This document shows positions 50,766-63,279 of a DNA stretch of 64,000 nucleotides, piece by piece. The DNA is from Mobula hypostoma (Eukaryota). The position numbers and the translations under genes were made by a program. Under the pieces are notes generated by a model. That model was not told the origin of the DNA. It ran no database searches and was given only the letters and a program-made list of their open reading frames with translations. Location: positions 199,456,001 to 199,520,000 of the forward strand of contig NC_086100.1 of NCBI RefSeq assembly GCF_963921235.1, in the 5' to 3' direction. Within the stretch, counting starts at the first letter, position 1. Each line of letters opens with the position of its first letter.

Positions 50766-52284
50766 GCTATTGGTAAGTTTACTCTTAGGAACTTAAAGCT
50801 CTCAAACTCTCTTGACCTCAGCACCATGGATGTAAACAGGAGCATGTGCACGACCACACTTCCATCCATGTCTCCCATCCAAGCCCAACTTCCCTTTGAT
50901 TCTTGTTTTCAGTATCCTCTTATAGAGCAAACCTACCATTGAGTATTACAGCATGAGCAGTCCATTCAGCCCAACTCATCCATGCTGAATAAATTGTCTA
51001 ACTAAACTAGTCCCACTTGCCTGAGTTTGGTCCATATCCCTCTACATATAAATGCCTTTTAAATGCCGTAATTTTACCCTTTCCCATATCCTCTGGCAGT
51101 TCATTCCATAAGTTCTTCATTCAGATGTGGAAGTGTGGAAGAAGCTGCCAGTGGAAGTTGTGGATGTGCGTTCAATTTCAACTTTTAAGAAAAATTTGGA
51201 TAGGTACAAGGATGGGATAGGTGGCAGGATGGAGATACATCTCTAGCAAAGGAAGTGTAAGGCATTTCTTCTGTCTGCTAGCCTGCAAGTCTGTAAGACC
51301 ATAAGGCATAGGAACAGTATTAGGCCATTCAGCTCGAGTCTGCTCCGCCATTCCATCGTTGATCCCAGATCCCACTCAGCATCATACACCTGCCTACTTT
51401 GATGCCCTGACCATTAGGAAACTATCAACCTCCGCCTTAAATATACCCATGAACTTGGTCTCCACCGCAGTCCGTGGCAGAGCATTCCACAGATTCACTA
51501 CTCTCTGGCTAAAAAAAAATTCCTCCTTACCTGTGTTCTAGAAGACTGACCCTCAATTCTGAGGTTGTGCCCTATAGTTCTGGATACACCTACTATAGGA
51601 AACATCCTCTCCACATCCACCCTAAATAGTCCTTTCAACATTCGGCAGATTTCAATGAGATCCCCTGCATTCTTCTAAATTCCAGTGAGTACAGGCCCAA
51701 AGCTGCCAAACACTCCTCATCTGTTAACCTCTCCATTCCAGGAATCATCTTCATGAACCTCCTCTGGACTCTGTCTAATGATAACACACCCTTGGGCAAG
51801 CTGTAGCACCTGCTTAGCCACCAATCAGAGTCAGGTGAAGCCATGGAAGCAGGTGGTGATACATATCGCATGTCCTGGTTATTCAACCACTGACATCAGG
51901 CTGATAGTCTCTGAAGAGTATTGACCATGGCTGGGGTCACCCATCTTGTAAAGACACTGCCCAGAAAAAGGCAATGGCAAACCACTTCTGTAGAAAAATT
52001 CACCAAGGACAATCACGATCATGAGACCATGATCGCCCACATCACATGACACGGCACGTAATGATGGTGATGATGACATGGATGGGAGGGGTATGGAGAA
52101 CTACGGTCCAGGTGCAGTTCAATGGGACCAGACATGGACTAGATGGGCTGAAAGGCTTGTTTCTTGCGATGTTCCATGACCTTATGACTTCATAACATAT
52201 ATAACTACCACCCTCTAATGTGAAAAACTTGGCCCTCAGATCCCTTTTAGGTCTTGCCCTCTTCCTTTAAACCTATGCCCCCTT

Positions 52285-52950
52285 GGGAGGAGAAGATGGC
52301 AGTATGACGCAGCTCGCAGCAGCCACTCCGGTGGTGATGTCTGTTATCTGTTAAGTAGGGTGCCGTGCACAATCCTGATTTGATGGAGACGGACGTGAGA
52401 GCACGGAGGAACATCTGGTGAAACTTCTGAAATGCCCACTTCGCTGCTGCTGCTACTGTGTGATCCAGAATCTCCGGAGGGGAAGGCCCCGAGTCCTCGG
52501 CTTTGCTTGTTGCTCGGCGGCCAGGGCGGGGTCGAAGCGCTCGGCAGAGGATGGTGCTCAGAGAGGCTGTGTCGAAGGGGCTGGTCCGAGGCTCGAAGTT
52601 TTCAGACGGACTCAGAGTCCTCTGCGGTTGGGTGCTTCCAATGGTGCTGCATCGGCAAGTTTACAGCGCTTGGAGGTTCATGGCAGGGAGAGTTTCTCCC
52701 TTCTGCCGTCTGCGTGAGATGATGAGTCTATCAGAACTTTGTGACTTTTTTTTACCATGCCCATGGTCTGCTCTTCATCAAATTACAGTATTGCTTTGCA
52801 CTGTTGTAACTATATGTTATAAATATGTGGTTTTGTAAGCTTTAGTCTTGGTTTGTCCTGTGTTATTCCGGAGGAATGTTGTATCATTTTTTAATGCATG
52901 CATTTATAAATGACAATAAATGAGGACTGAGTGTCCTCATAATCTAATCT
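52285..52950 (+). mobile_element. Non-coding GC-rich non-autonomous retroelement inserted in a CR1 3' fragment
   Basis: aagatggc 5' motif; AATAAA, hairpin tgaggac/gtcctca and (taatc)n tail; the minus-strand CR1 resumes on both sides. Confidence 0.55.
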
Positions 52951-53556
52951 TGTTTTGATCTCTTCTATCCGGGGAAATAGATTTTGACTACCCACCTTTT
53001 CAATGCCCTCGTGATTTTATAAGCCTCTATATGGTCACCCCTTAGCCTCCAACACTCCAGAAAAAAGACATGTCCCAGCCCGTCCATTTTCCCCTTATAA
53101 CCTAAGCCCTCCAGTCCCTGTGACAGCCTCGTGAATCTTCTTTGCATGTTCATCAGCATCATGACATCCTTCCTACAGCAAGGCAGATGTAGCCTTACCA
53201 ACATCTTGTCCGACAACATGACATCCCACCTCCCGAACTCAGTACTCTGACTGATGAAGGCAAGAATGTCAAATGCCTACATCACCACCCTGCCTACCTG
53301 GGTCACCACAACCTGCCTCATTTTAACCCGGCACAATGACGAATATATCCTTGTTTGGGTAATAAGGCCAGTGAACTGTCCCAACCCTGATGGACAGGGC
53401 TCAGATACCTCTGTCTCAGATAGATATAAAGATCTACAGAGTAAGATAGACTCCAGGTTAGATTTGAGTGTCTGTGTAACCTGACACTGTCCAGAAGAAG
53501 GCAATGGCAAAACACTTCTTTAGAAAAATATGCCGACAACAATCATAGTCACGAGA

Positions 53557-54320
<764 letters not shown>

Positions 54321-54614
54321 TGCGTGCGTCCACTGGGGTCTGACTTGCCCTTCTCTTTGCCTCGGTGTTATACTGTAAATCACCTGGGTAAAGCACACTT
54401 GAAGGGACATTGGTCGGTCTGCTCAGGAAGTGCAGGAACAATGCAGGTGAGAAGACAAACCGAGTTAATATCTCAGGTCAAGAGCCCTTCATCAGAATGG
54501 GCTTCTGTCATTCTCTGTAGTGGTCTGTTGAACAGAAATATGAACTGCATCTCTTTCGACAGCTCACGTCTAACCAGCCGAGATTTGTTCCCAATACTTT
54601 CTGCTGTGAAACAT

Positions 54615-54925
54615 TAGCTTGATTTGTCACATATATACATATAAATATACAGTAAAACGTGTCATTTGCATCGATGACCAAAACAGTCTCTTTGCGTCGA
54701 GGGCAGCCTGCAAGTGTCACCTGACTTCCAGCTGCAACATAACAATCCCGGAACTTACTATCCCTAACCCATACATCTTCGGAATGTGGCTGGAAGCTGA
54801 AGCACCGGCATGAGCCCCACAGAATGACGGGGAGGATGTACAGACTCTCAACAGACAGCAGCGGGAATTGAACCCCCATTGTCGATCACTGGCACCGTAA
54901 CACCTTTACACTATCATTCCGTGCT
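54615..54925 (-). mobile_element. Degenerate tRNA-derived V-SINE
   Basis: Reverse complement has B-box ggttcaattcc and a V-domain-like ccacattccgaagatgtatgggttagg. Confidence 0.6.
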
Positions 54926-55462
54926 TCAAACTTCCAACATCTGCATTTGTTTTTTTGATTCTCAAACTCCCGTTGACTGATGATGGGGCGGACAGGGGAA
55001 CAACAGCATTGCAGCTTAATTCGCCACTGTCAGTCACTCCAAAGGTAAACGAAAATGAGCTGTTGTGGGGTTGACCTCGGCAACAGACCCCTATGAATTG
55101 AAGCTAATATTAGAAGTGACTGATTGCCCACTGGGCTGGATTGGAAAAGCATGGAAGAGGACTGATTTTTGGTCACATTGACGGTGCGTACACGCAGTGG
55201 CCATTCTGTTAGGTACACCTGTAGACCTGCTTGTTAATGCAAAGAGTTAATCAGCCAGTCATGTGGCAGCAACTCAGTGCGTAAACCCATGGCGGAAGTA
55301 GTCAAGAGGTTCAGTTGGTGTTCAGACCAAGCATCAGAACGGGGAAGAAATGTGAATTCAATGACTCTGACCATGGAACGATTGTTAGCGCCAGACCGAG
55401 TGCTTTGAGTATCTCAGAAACTGCTGATCCTGTAGGATTTTCACACACAACAGGCTCTAGAT

Positions 55463-55525
55463 CAGGGGTTCCCAACCTGGAGCCATGGTAGGGGCCATGG
55501 CATAAAATAAGGTTGTCAATCCCTA
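55463..55525. mobile_element. Tiny hAT MITE (63 bp)
   Basis: caggggttcccaacct / aggttgtcaatcccta imperfect TIRs at a ctctaga target, partial TSD ctcta. Confidence 0.6.
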
Positions 55526-55826
55526 CTCTAATGTTTTACAGAGAATGGTGCGAAAAACAAAACAAAAAATCCAATGAGTTGCAGTTCTGTGGGCGAAAGC
55601 ACTTTGCTAACGAGGAGTCCTGACGAAGAGTCTCGGCCTGAAACGTCAACTGTTTACTCTTTTCCATAGGTTCTGCCTGGCCTGCTGAGTTCCTCCAGTG
55701 TTTTGAGTGTGTTGCTTTGTGTTTCCTGCGTCTGCAGATTTTCTCATGTTTGTTAGTGAGAGCGGTCAGAGGAGAATAGCCAGACTGGTTCAAACTGACA
55801 GGAAGGCGACAGCAATTTCAATTAAC

Positions 55827-56124
55827 ACACATCAAAGTTGCTGGTGAACGCAGCAGGCCAGGCAGCATCTATAGGAAGAGGCGCAGTCGACGTTTCAGGC
55901 CGAGACCCTTCGTCAGGACTAACTGAAGGAAGAGTGAGTAAGGGATTTGAAAGCTGGAGGGGGAAATCCCTTACTCACTCTTCCTTCAGTTAGTCCTGAC
56001 GAAGGGTCTCGGCCTGAAACGTCGACTGCGCCTCTTCCTATAGATGCCGCCTGGCCTGCTGCGTTCACCAGCAACTTTGATGTGTGTTGCTTGAATTTCC
56101 AGCATCTGCAGAATTCCTGTTGTT
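55827..56124. mobile_element. Palindromic PLE-derived insertion with two opposed hammerhead motifs (55885-55920 minus, 55992-56027 plus)
   Basis: Near-perfect ~125-bp arms; 16-bp direct repeat agcaatttcaattaac at 55811-55826 and 56125-56140. Confidence 0.92.
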
Positions 56125-56854
56125 AGCAATTTCAATTAACCGCAGTGATGTGCGAAAGAGCCTCTCCGAACACACATCACATTGTACCTTGATGGGGATG
56201 AGCTACAGTGGCTGAATCCATTCCTGCACCTTTTGAAATGGCCACTGAGTATACATTCAAACATTGTTTAATTCGCATTGTACTGGCTCTGTAGTTATTG
56301 CTGCTAAATATGTGAGCACAACTGATTGATGCCCTTTACAGTCAATTAGGTGATGCTTTAACAGCACAGGCTTGACGTAGTTAATGACTGGCGGGAGGTT
56401 AATGTTAGTTCACAGCTGGTGCACCATACACGGTGCTGGTCACCGGGGATGCGCAGTAATTATATCACAGGACATGCAGAGGACATTTACGGGAACGTAC
56501 CCACGGATGGGCAACAGTTGCTACGAGGGAACAGAGTGGTTTTGCCAAAAACACAAGACATTCTGCAGACACTGGAAAGCCGGAGCAACACACACAAAAT
56601 GCTGCAGGAACTCAGCAGGTCAGGCAGCGTCCACGGAGGACAGTGAACAGTCGACATTTTGGGCTGGGTCGGGGGGGCAGGAAAAGCCAGAATAAGAAGG
56701 TGGGTGAGTGGGGAAGGGGGGTAAGAGTCTGGATGGTGATAGGTGGGAGAGGTCAAGGGCTGGGGAAGAAGGAATCTGACAGGATTCCAGACTCTATACT
56801 CCACCTTCTATGCTCATGAATCACCAAGGCACAGATAGTAATCGACCACAAGCA

Positions 56855-57090
56855 AGTAAATTTATTTATTTTATTTATTGAGTTACAGCACAGGATCAGA
56901 CCCTTGCAGGCCTTCGAGCCTTCGAGCCACGCCACCCTGCAAGTCCCCATTTTAACCCCAGCCTAATCATAGGACAATTTATAATGACCAATTAACCTAC
57001 TAACTGGTACATCTTTGGACAAGGAAACTGGAGTACCCGGAGCAAACACACGTGGTCAAAGGGAAAACGTACAAACTCCTTACAGGCACA
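56855..57090 (-). mobile_element. V-SINE 3' part with (aaat)n tail
   Basis: Reverse complement ccgggtactccagtttcctt..gtccaaagatgtaccagttagtaggttaattggtcat, matching 58797-59080. Confidence 0.7.
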
Positions 57091-58796
57091 AGAGATACTG
57101 CAGCCCTGAAGACGGGTCTCAGCCTGGGTCACCGGATGTTTATTGCTATCCATAGGTGATCCCCGACCTGCTAAGACTGCTGTTGTTTCCTGATGAGCAG
57201 AGAAGGCTGAGGGGAGATTTAATCGAGTTGTTTGAAATTATGCAGGGGGCTAAAAAAAAATACGCTTTGCACGGCTGGACAAGGTGGATGAAAGAGCTCA
57301 TTCTCCTGCTGTACAGCTCTTTGATATGACAAGATCAGATGCCGTCATAACCATCGGACTAGACTTAGCTGATCAGTGAGGAACTGAGGGAAACTGCTTC
57401 ATCAAGTTGACGGTTGTGGGAAACCAGCCAAGAAGGAGGGATATGGATAGGGCAAATGCAAGGAGGCTTTTTCCACTGAAGCTGGGGGAGACTAGAACTA
57501 GAGGTCATGGGTTAAGGGTGAAAGGCGAAATGTTTAAAAGTAACGTGAGGGAGAACTTCACTCAGAAGAAGGTGTGAGTGTAGGACGAATGCCAGCATAA
57601 GTGGTGGGTTTGATTGCAACACTTAAGATAGGTTTGGATAAGTACAAGGTTGGGGGGGGGTAGGGAGGGCTGTGGTCTGGGGGCAGGTCAATAGGACAAA
57701 CTAGATGGGTTGAAAGGCCTGTTTCTGTGCTGCAGTCCTTTGCGACTCTGACTCTAAGGAGAGTCGGGGGGGGGGGTCAACGTAGATCAGCTAAATTCAA
57801 TGGTGGGGCAATATTGAAGGGCTGAGTGGCCTGCTCCTGCTCCTTGCACATTGAAGAGCTGGTCGTTGGCTTTAGGAAGCTGGGTAGAAGACATGCCTCC
57901 ATTTGTGTCAATGATGCTTAGTGGAGAGGTGAGTTGAGATCTCTGAGTTCCGAGGTGAACGTACAACTTGGTCTGGTCCAGAAACTTAGACACCACAGCT
58001 CAAAGAACACCTCAGATCCTCGACTGTGGGACCTTATGGCTCCCTTACCTCCTCCCCATTGGTAGTAGTGGGTAGAGAGCATGCCTGGATAGTGGGGTTA
58101 CTTGACTATGGATGCAGTACTCCTTGTACAATAGTGTGCCTAGTACACTCAGATGTATATATTCGTATACATCTAAGGGTGCCTAACACTTTTGCACAGT
58201 ACTGTATTTGTCAATATGGAGCGGAAAGCGAGTTTGTAAATCTGGTGGGAGCAAAGGGTGTTGGGAATGGTGAGGGTGGAGTGCCGCAGGAGGCGTGTGG
58301 GACAGGGGGCAGAGAAGGAGCGCCAGGGTAGGGGGTGGTGCGGGTGCAGAGACACCCATCCCTGAGTCACCAGGCAAGGTCGTTTGATTCTAAACAATTG
58401 GTTTATTGATCATTACAGAATGTCTCTCTGGTGCTTCCTGCTCCCTCCCCTCTCCCTTCCCCCTTTTCCCAACCATGATTTCCCTCTCCCTGCCCCCTTC
58501 CCACTCACAGTCCACAATAGAGACCCGTATCAGAATCAGATTTATCATCACTCGCATGTGATATGTCACATATATATGTGCCTAAGACTCTTGCACAGTA
58601 CTGAAAATGTGCTCAGTGGTAGGGAAAGTTTTGCCTGAGATGGACTGACTGTATCTATCATTAGAGCCAACTGCCTGAATGCATAGTAATGGCAGAAACC
58701 TTTTGGATAAATAAAGTATCTATTGATGACTGGGTCAAGAACTGGGAGGTGACTCTGTTTCATTATTTAAGTCATAGTAGTCACATTATTTGTTCA

Positions 58797-59080
58797 CCAC
58801 GGTAGCGTAGCGGTTAGTGCGACACTATCACAGTTCACGAGTTCAGAGTTCAATTCTGTAAGAAATCTTGATACGTCCTCGGATGGAATGTGTGGGTTTT
58901 CCCCGGGTGCTCTGGTTTCCTCCCACAGTCCAAAGACGTACCGGGTAGGTTAATTGGTCATTTGAAAATTGTCCCGTGATTAAGTTACAGTTAATCGGGG
59001 TTGTGGGGTTGCAGAGCTGGCGCAGTTCCAAGGGCCAGAAGCGTCTACTCTGCACCTAAATAAGTAAATAAATAAAATTA
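58797..59080 (+). mobile_element. tRNA-derived V-SINE (HE1-like)
   Basis: A-box tagcgtagcgg, B-box gttcaattc, V-domain gggtgctctggtttcctcccacagtccaaagac, (taaa)n tail. Confidence 0.8.
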
Positions 59081-59449
59081 ACAATGCAAAAACTCTGAAT
59101 AGTGCTGGATCAGCAGAGCCCAGGAGGAGCAGCAGAGGGAGCTGTGTACCTGCTACACCTGAGGCTCGCGCTCGCAAAGGTAATGCACAATCGGTTCTGC
59201 AACAGTCGCCGCTTGGGCACAGCACTCCGAACCCAAACTGGAGTGAATGGGACAAGGACAACTAATCATGAGCCTTGATGAAGGATCTTGGCCCAAAATA
59301 TCAACTGTTTATTTCCCTACATAGATACGCTGACTTACTGATTTCCTCCAACATTTTGTGTGTTTTGCCCAACTAAACTAATCCCTTCTGCCTACACAAT
59401 GTGTATATCCCTCTATTCTCCAGATTCCGTGAGCTTCTTGAATGGTGAA

Positions 59450-60036
59450 TCTACCTTCACCACTTTAGCATTCAGATCTCCCATGACAATAACAATATCT
59501 TGAGATTTGCATCCATTCTTTGCTTGTTCAACCTCTTCATAGAATTTATCTATATCTTCATTTGTTCCATCTGTTCTTGGTGCATATACCTATATAATTA
59601 CTAAATCAAATGGTTGTCCTCTGAATCTAACAAGGAGCATTCTTTCTGATATTGCCCAATGTCCTAAAACACTTTTTGCCATGTTTTCATCTATAAGAAT
59701 TCCTACTCCATTAGTATGGGATGTCAAAAACCAGAAATTAAGAAAAACATTGAGGGTCCAAGTATTTCAAAATCTGAAGTTCGTAATGCAATAAATAAGA
59801 TGAAGAAAGGAAAGGCAGCAGGTCCTGATGAATTAGTAATAGAACAAATTATTGCCCTTGAAGATTATGGAATTGAAGATTATGGAATTGAATATTATGG
59901 AATTGTTTTAATCAATGACATTTATGAGGCTGGAATAATACCAGGAGAGATGAAAAAAATCAGTATTTATCACTCTTCCCAAGAAACCTGGAGCAATAGA
60001 ATGTGAATTACATAGGACCATAAGTTTAATGAGTCA
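59450..60036. mobile_element. Two RTE fragments in opposite orientation (APE on minus to ~59716, RT on plus)
   Basis: Minus: NGVGIL..ISERMLLV..IGIYAPR..VMGDLNAKVV; plus: GKAAGPDEL..HRTISLMS. Confidence 0.7.
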
Positions 60037-62207
60037 CTAGACAGCGGGGTGACCTGTTGGGGCACCCTTTGAGAGAAGGGTAGTGCAGTCTGATGTGACC
60101 AGAATGAACATTAAATTTTCCTGAATGCTATTGGTATCGCTTTGCTTTGGAAACTGAAGTAGAAAACTTCAGTTTATGAAAGAAGAATGACGCGTAGCGA
60201 AGCAAATATAGCTGCTCCTCGTTTAACAAAGGACACTTTTGATGGCATCATTTCTGGCTTATCTGCCATCCAGGACATCTCAAATGTCCTCTTTCTTTAA
60301 GGATCGTGGTTTCCCTTCTGCCATCATCAATGATGCCCTCACCCACATCTCCTCCATTTCCCGCACTTCAGCCCTCACCCCATCCTCCCACCACCACAAC
60401 AGGGACAGAGTTCCCCTTGTCCTCACCTACCACCCCACCAGCCTCCGGATCCAGCACATTATCCTCCGCAACTTCTACCACCTTCAACAGAACCCCATCA
60501 CTAAGCACATCTTTCCCTCTCCACCCCTTACCGCTTTCCGCAGGGATTGCTCCCTCCCCACGGATCTCCCAACCGGCACTTATCCCTGTAAGCGTAAGTG
60601 CTACCCCTGTCCCTACACCTCCTCTCTTGCCACCATTCAGGGCCCCAAACAGTCCTTCCAGGTGAGGCAACACTTCACTTGTGAGTCTGTTGGGGTCATC
60701 TATTGCATCCGGTGCTCCCGGTGCGGCCTCCTCTACATCGGTGAAACCCGACGCAGATTGGGGGACCGCTTCGTAGAGCACTTCTGCTCCGTCCGCCACA
60801 ACAGACAGGATCTCCCAGTAGCCACCCACTTCAACTCTGCTTCCCATTCCCATTCAGATATGTCCATACATGGCCTCCTCTACTGCCATGATGAGGTTAA
60901 ACTCAGGTTGGAGGAGCAACACCTCATATACCGTCTAGGTAGTCTCCAGCCCCTTAGTATGAACATAGAATTCTCCAACTTCCGGTAATACCCTCCCCTT
61001 CCCTTCCCCCATCGCTGTTTCACTCTGGCCCCTCCCCCAGCTGCCTATCACCTGCCTCATGGTTCCGCCTCCTTCTTCTACCCATTGTGCTTTCCCCTTT
61101 CACCTTTCCTGCCTATCCCGTCCCTGCTTCTCCTTCCCCACCCCTTTATCTTTCCCCTTACTGGTTTTTCACCTGGAACCTACCAGCCTTCTCCTTCCCA
61201 CCCTCCCCCACCTCCTTTATAGGGCCTCTGCCCTCCTCCCTCTTCAGTCCTGACGAAGGGTTCCGGCCTGAAACGTTGACGTTGACATTTCCACGGATGC
61301 TGCCCGACCTGCTGAGTTCCTCCAGCAGGTTGTGAGTGTTGCTCTGCCACCCTTGTGCCTCTCATTGTGATTCTGGAGACTTGCAGCCCTTTCATCCCTT
61401 GTCTCCTTCATTTCTTCTGCTGTTTGTTGTTTGTCTCTGATCCTGGAGACGTGCATGCCTCTCCTCCTCTGTCTCTTCTTCTCTCATCTTTTTTTGTCTT
61501 GACTCTTTGATCCTGGAGTTGTGCGGCCCTGGCCTCATCTGATTCTTGTTCTCTTCCTCTCCTTGCCGCCTCCTGACGACGTTTGGCATCATCTCTTGAC
61601 CATAATGTCCCCCTTCCCTTTCCACGCGGCATAATTATGCTGACCATTTGTTTTACCCTAATGCTGGATAGAAGATACGAAGCAGTAACAGCAAAGGATG
61701 CTGATTATTCTTGATGATGTGGTTGGCGCTCCCCTAAATGGATGTGAAATAGTCACTGCTGTCCTTTGACTGCAGCAAAGGGTCTTATGGGTGTGGCGAA
61801 GTACGTCATTACAATAAGATTTAATTATCTCTTATTGATGGGTGGCAGTTAGATCTGTCCCAATCCTGCACATGCTGATGGTGGTAATTAGGAACGTGAC
61901 CCGCGAAATAGAGCTGCCCTGCCCTTTTGCTCTGGTAGGTAGGTGTCGCTGCTGAGGCTGGCTGTGTGCATGCGTCGTGCCGTCGCGTCCGGGCTCCATG
62001 ATGGCCGATCGGGTCTCGGGCGAAAGCCAGCCTGTTGATTTTTGGTGAATGAGCAATTTTATAGGAAAATGTAACCCTGAAATTTGTCTGCATTCTGTAA
62101 GTTAGCGCATTTTAATTCGACTTAGCCAAAAAAAGTGCCGCTGTAATGCACCATTTGCGTTAATTGGAGGTCACAAACAGAACATGAGAGTTTTAGTAGT
62201 ATATAGA
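60037..62207 (-). mobile_element. Non-autonomous Helitron containing a PLE insertion
   Basis: 5' A|TCTATATACTACTAAAA; 3' GC-rich imperfect hairpin then CTAG|T; charged repeat peptide EEETEEERHARLQDQRQ like Helitron ORF N-termini. Confidence 0.65.
60272..61342 (+). mobile_element. Neptune-type Penelope-like element 3' part: Cys-rich linker, GIY-YIG endonuclease and 3' UTR (hammerhead-like motif 61246-61280)
   Basis: GTYPCKRKCYPC..FTC..VIYCIRCSRCGLLYIGETRRRLGDRFVEH..VATHFN..EQHLI..MN; probable TSD tctgccatcc (60262-60271) / tctgccaccc (61343-61352). Confidence 0.88.
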
Positions 62208-62785
62208 TATAACTGAAAAATCTTTTAGCATCCTGCTTTATATTATCAGGTAGTTTGCCCTCATATTTCATAGTTTCCCTTCTTATAGCTTTTTTCGTTG
62301 TCTTCTGTTGGATTTTAATAGCTTCCCAATCATCCAATTTCCCACTCACTTTTGCTACCTTACATGCCCTTTCCTTGGCTTTTATACAGTCCTTAGCTTC
62401 CCTTGTTAGCCCCAGTTGCCTACCCCTGACACTTGAGAAGTTCTTCCTCTGTGGAACATATCTATCCTGTGCCTTGTGAGCTGTTTCCAGAAACTTCAGC
62501 CATCCCTGCCAGTATTCCCCTCCAATCCACCTGGGCAAGCTTCTCTCTCATGCCTCTGTAATTCCCTTTATTCCATTGTGATACTGATACATATGACTTT
62601 GGCTTCTCCCTCTCAAATTGTAGTATGGATTTAATCATATTATCATCACTTCCTCCTCTGAGTACCTTTACGTTAAGCTCCCTAATAGGATCTGGGTTAT
62701 TACACAACACCTAATCGAAGATTGCCTTTCCCCAGTAGGCTCAAGCACAAGCTACTCTGAAAAGCCATCTCATGGCATTCCACTG
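62208..62785 (-). mobile_element. Degenerate CR1 ORF2 fragment
   Basis: LCNNPDPIREL..WNKGNYRGMREKLAQVDW..NIKQDAKRFFSY. Confidence 0.8.
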
Positions 62786-62786
62786 C

Positions 62787-63171
62787 TGTGTACATACATC
62801 TATTGATGCTTCTGGACACATCTTCAGTGATGTTCCTGGAATCATCGGGTGTTTCGGGTCTTTCAACATCATACAACCTCCTCCAGGTGACCCAGCCGGG
62901 GCTGATCAGACCCCAGCTTGTGTCCAGATGGCTAGCTACTTATGACTCCATGGCTCCCCTCTTTTGAGCCACAGCCATCGTGAGGCCCTCTCTGCCGCGT
63001 CGGTGGTACTGCGGATGGCTCTCCTCTTCCTCTCTCCCTCGCTGCCCAAAATGCTGAAGGCTCTAACTAAAGAACGGGCTTCGAATCCCCTACAGCCAAC
63101 CTCCACTGGGAGACACCTTGCTCTCCATCCGGCCTGCTGACAGTTGCTGACCAGTCCTGTGTACTTGGAGA
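62787..63171 (-). mobile_element. Second HERO-like copy (3' end only)
   Basis: Highly similar to 1726-2110, including the whole 3' UTR. Confidence 0.88.
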
Positions 63172-63279
63172 ACTCTGCCGTATTATTTGTGAAATCCTAC
63201 GTTGGATCAAACTGCCGTTACGTTGTTAGTGCAAGGCAAGGTCCAATTTATGTTGGGAGCAATCTCTCCCAACAACACC

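Larger units (their letters stand above)
55196..56252 (+). mobile_element. Non-autonomous Tc1-like element carrying three nested insertions
   Basis: cagtggcca / tggccactgagta ends; hAT MITE 55463-55525, PLE fragment ~55616-55750, PLE palindrome 55827-56124. Confidence 0.8.

Noticed and set aside
58115..58605. Repeated gtgcctaa..ttgcacagtactg motifs as an array
   Set aside because: Better explained as TIRs of a decayed Tc1-like MITE; too degenerate to delimit
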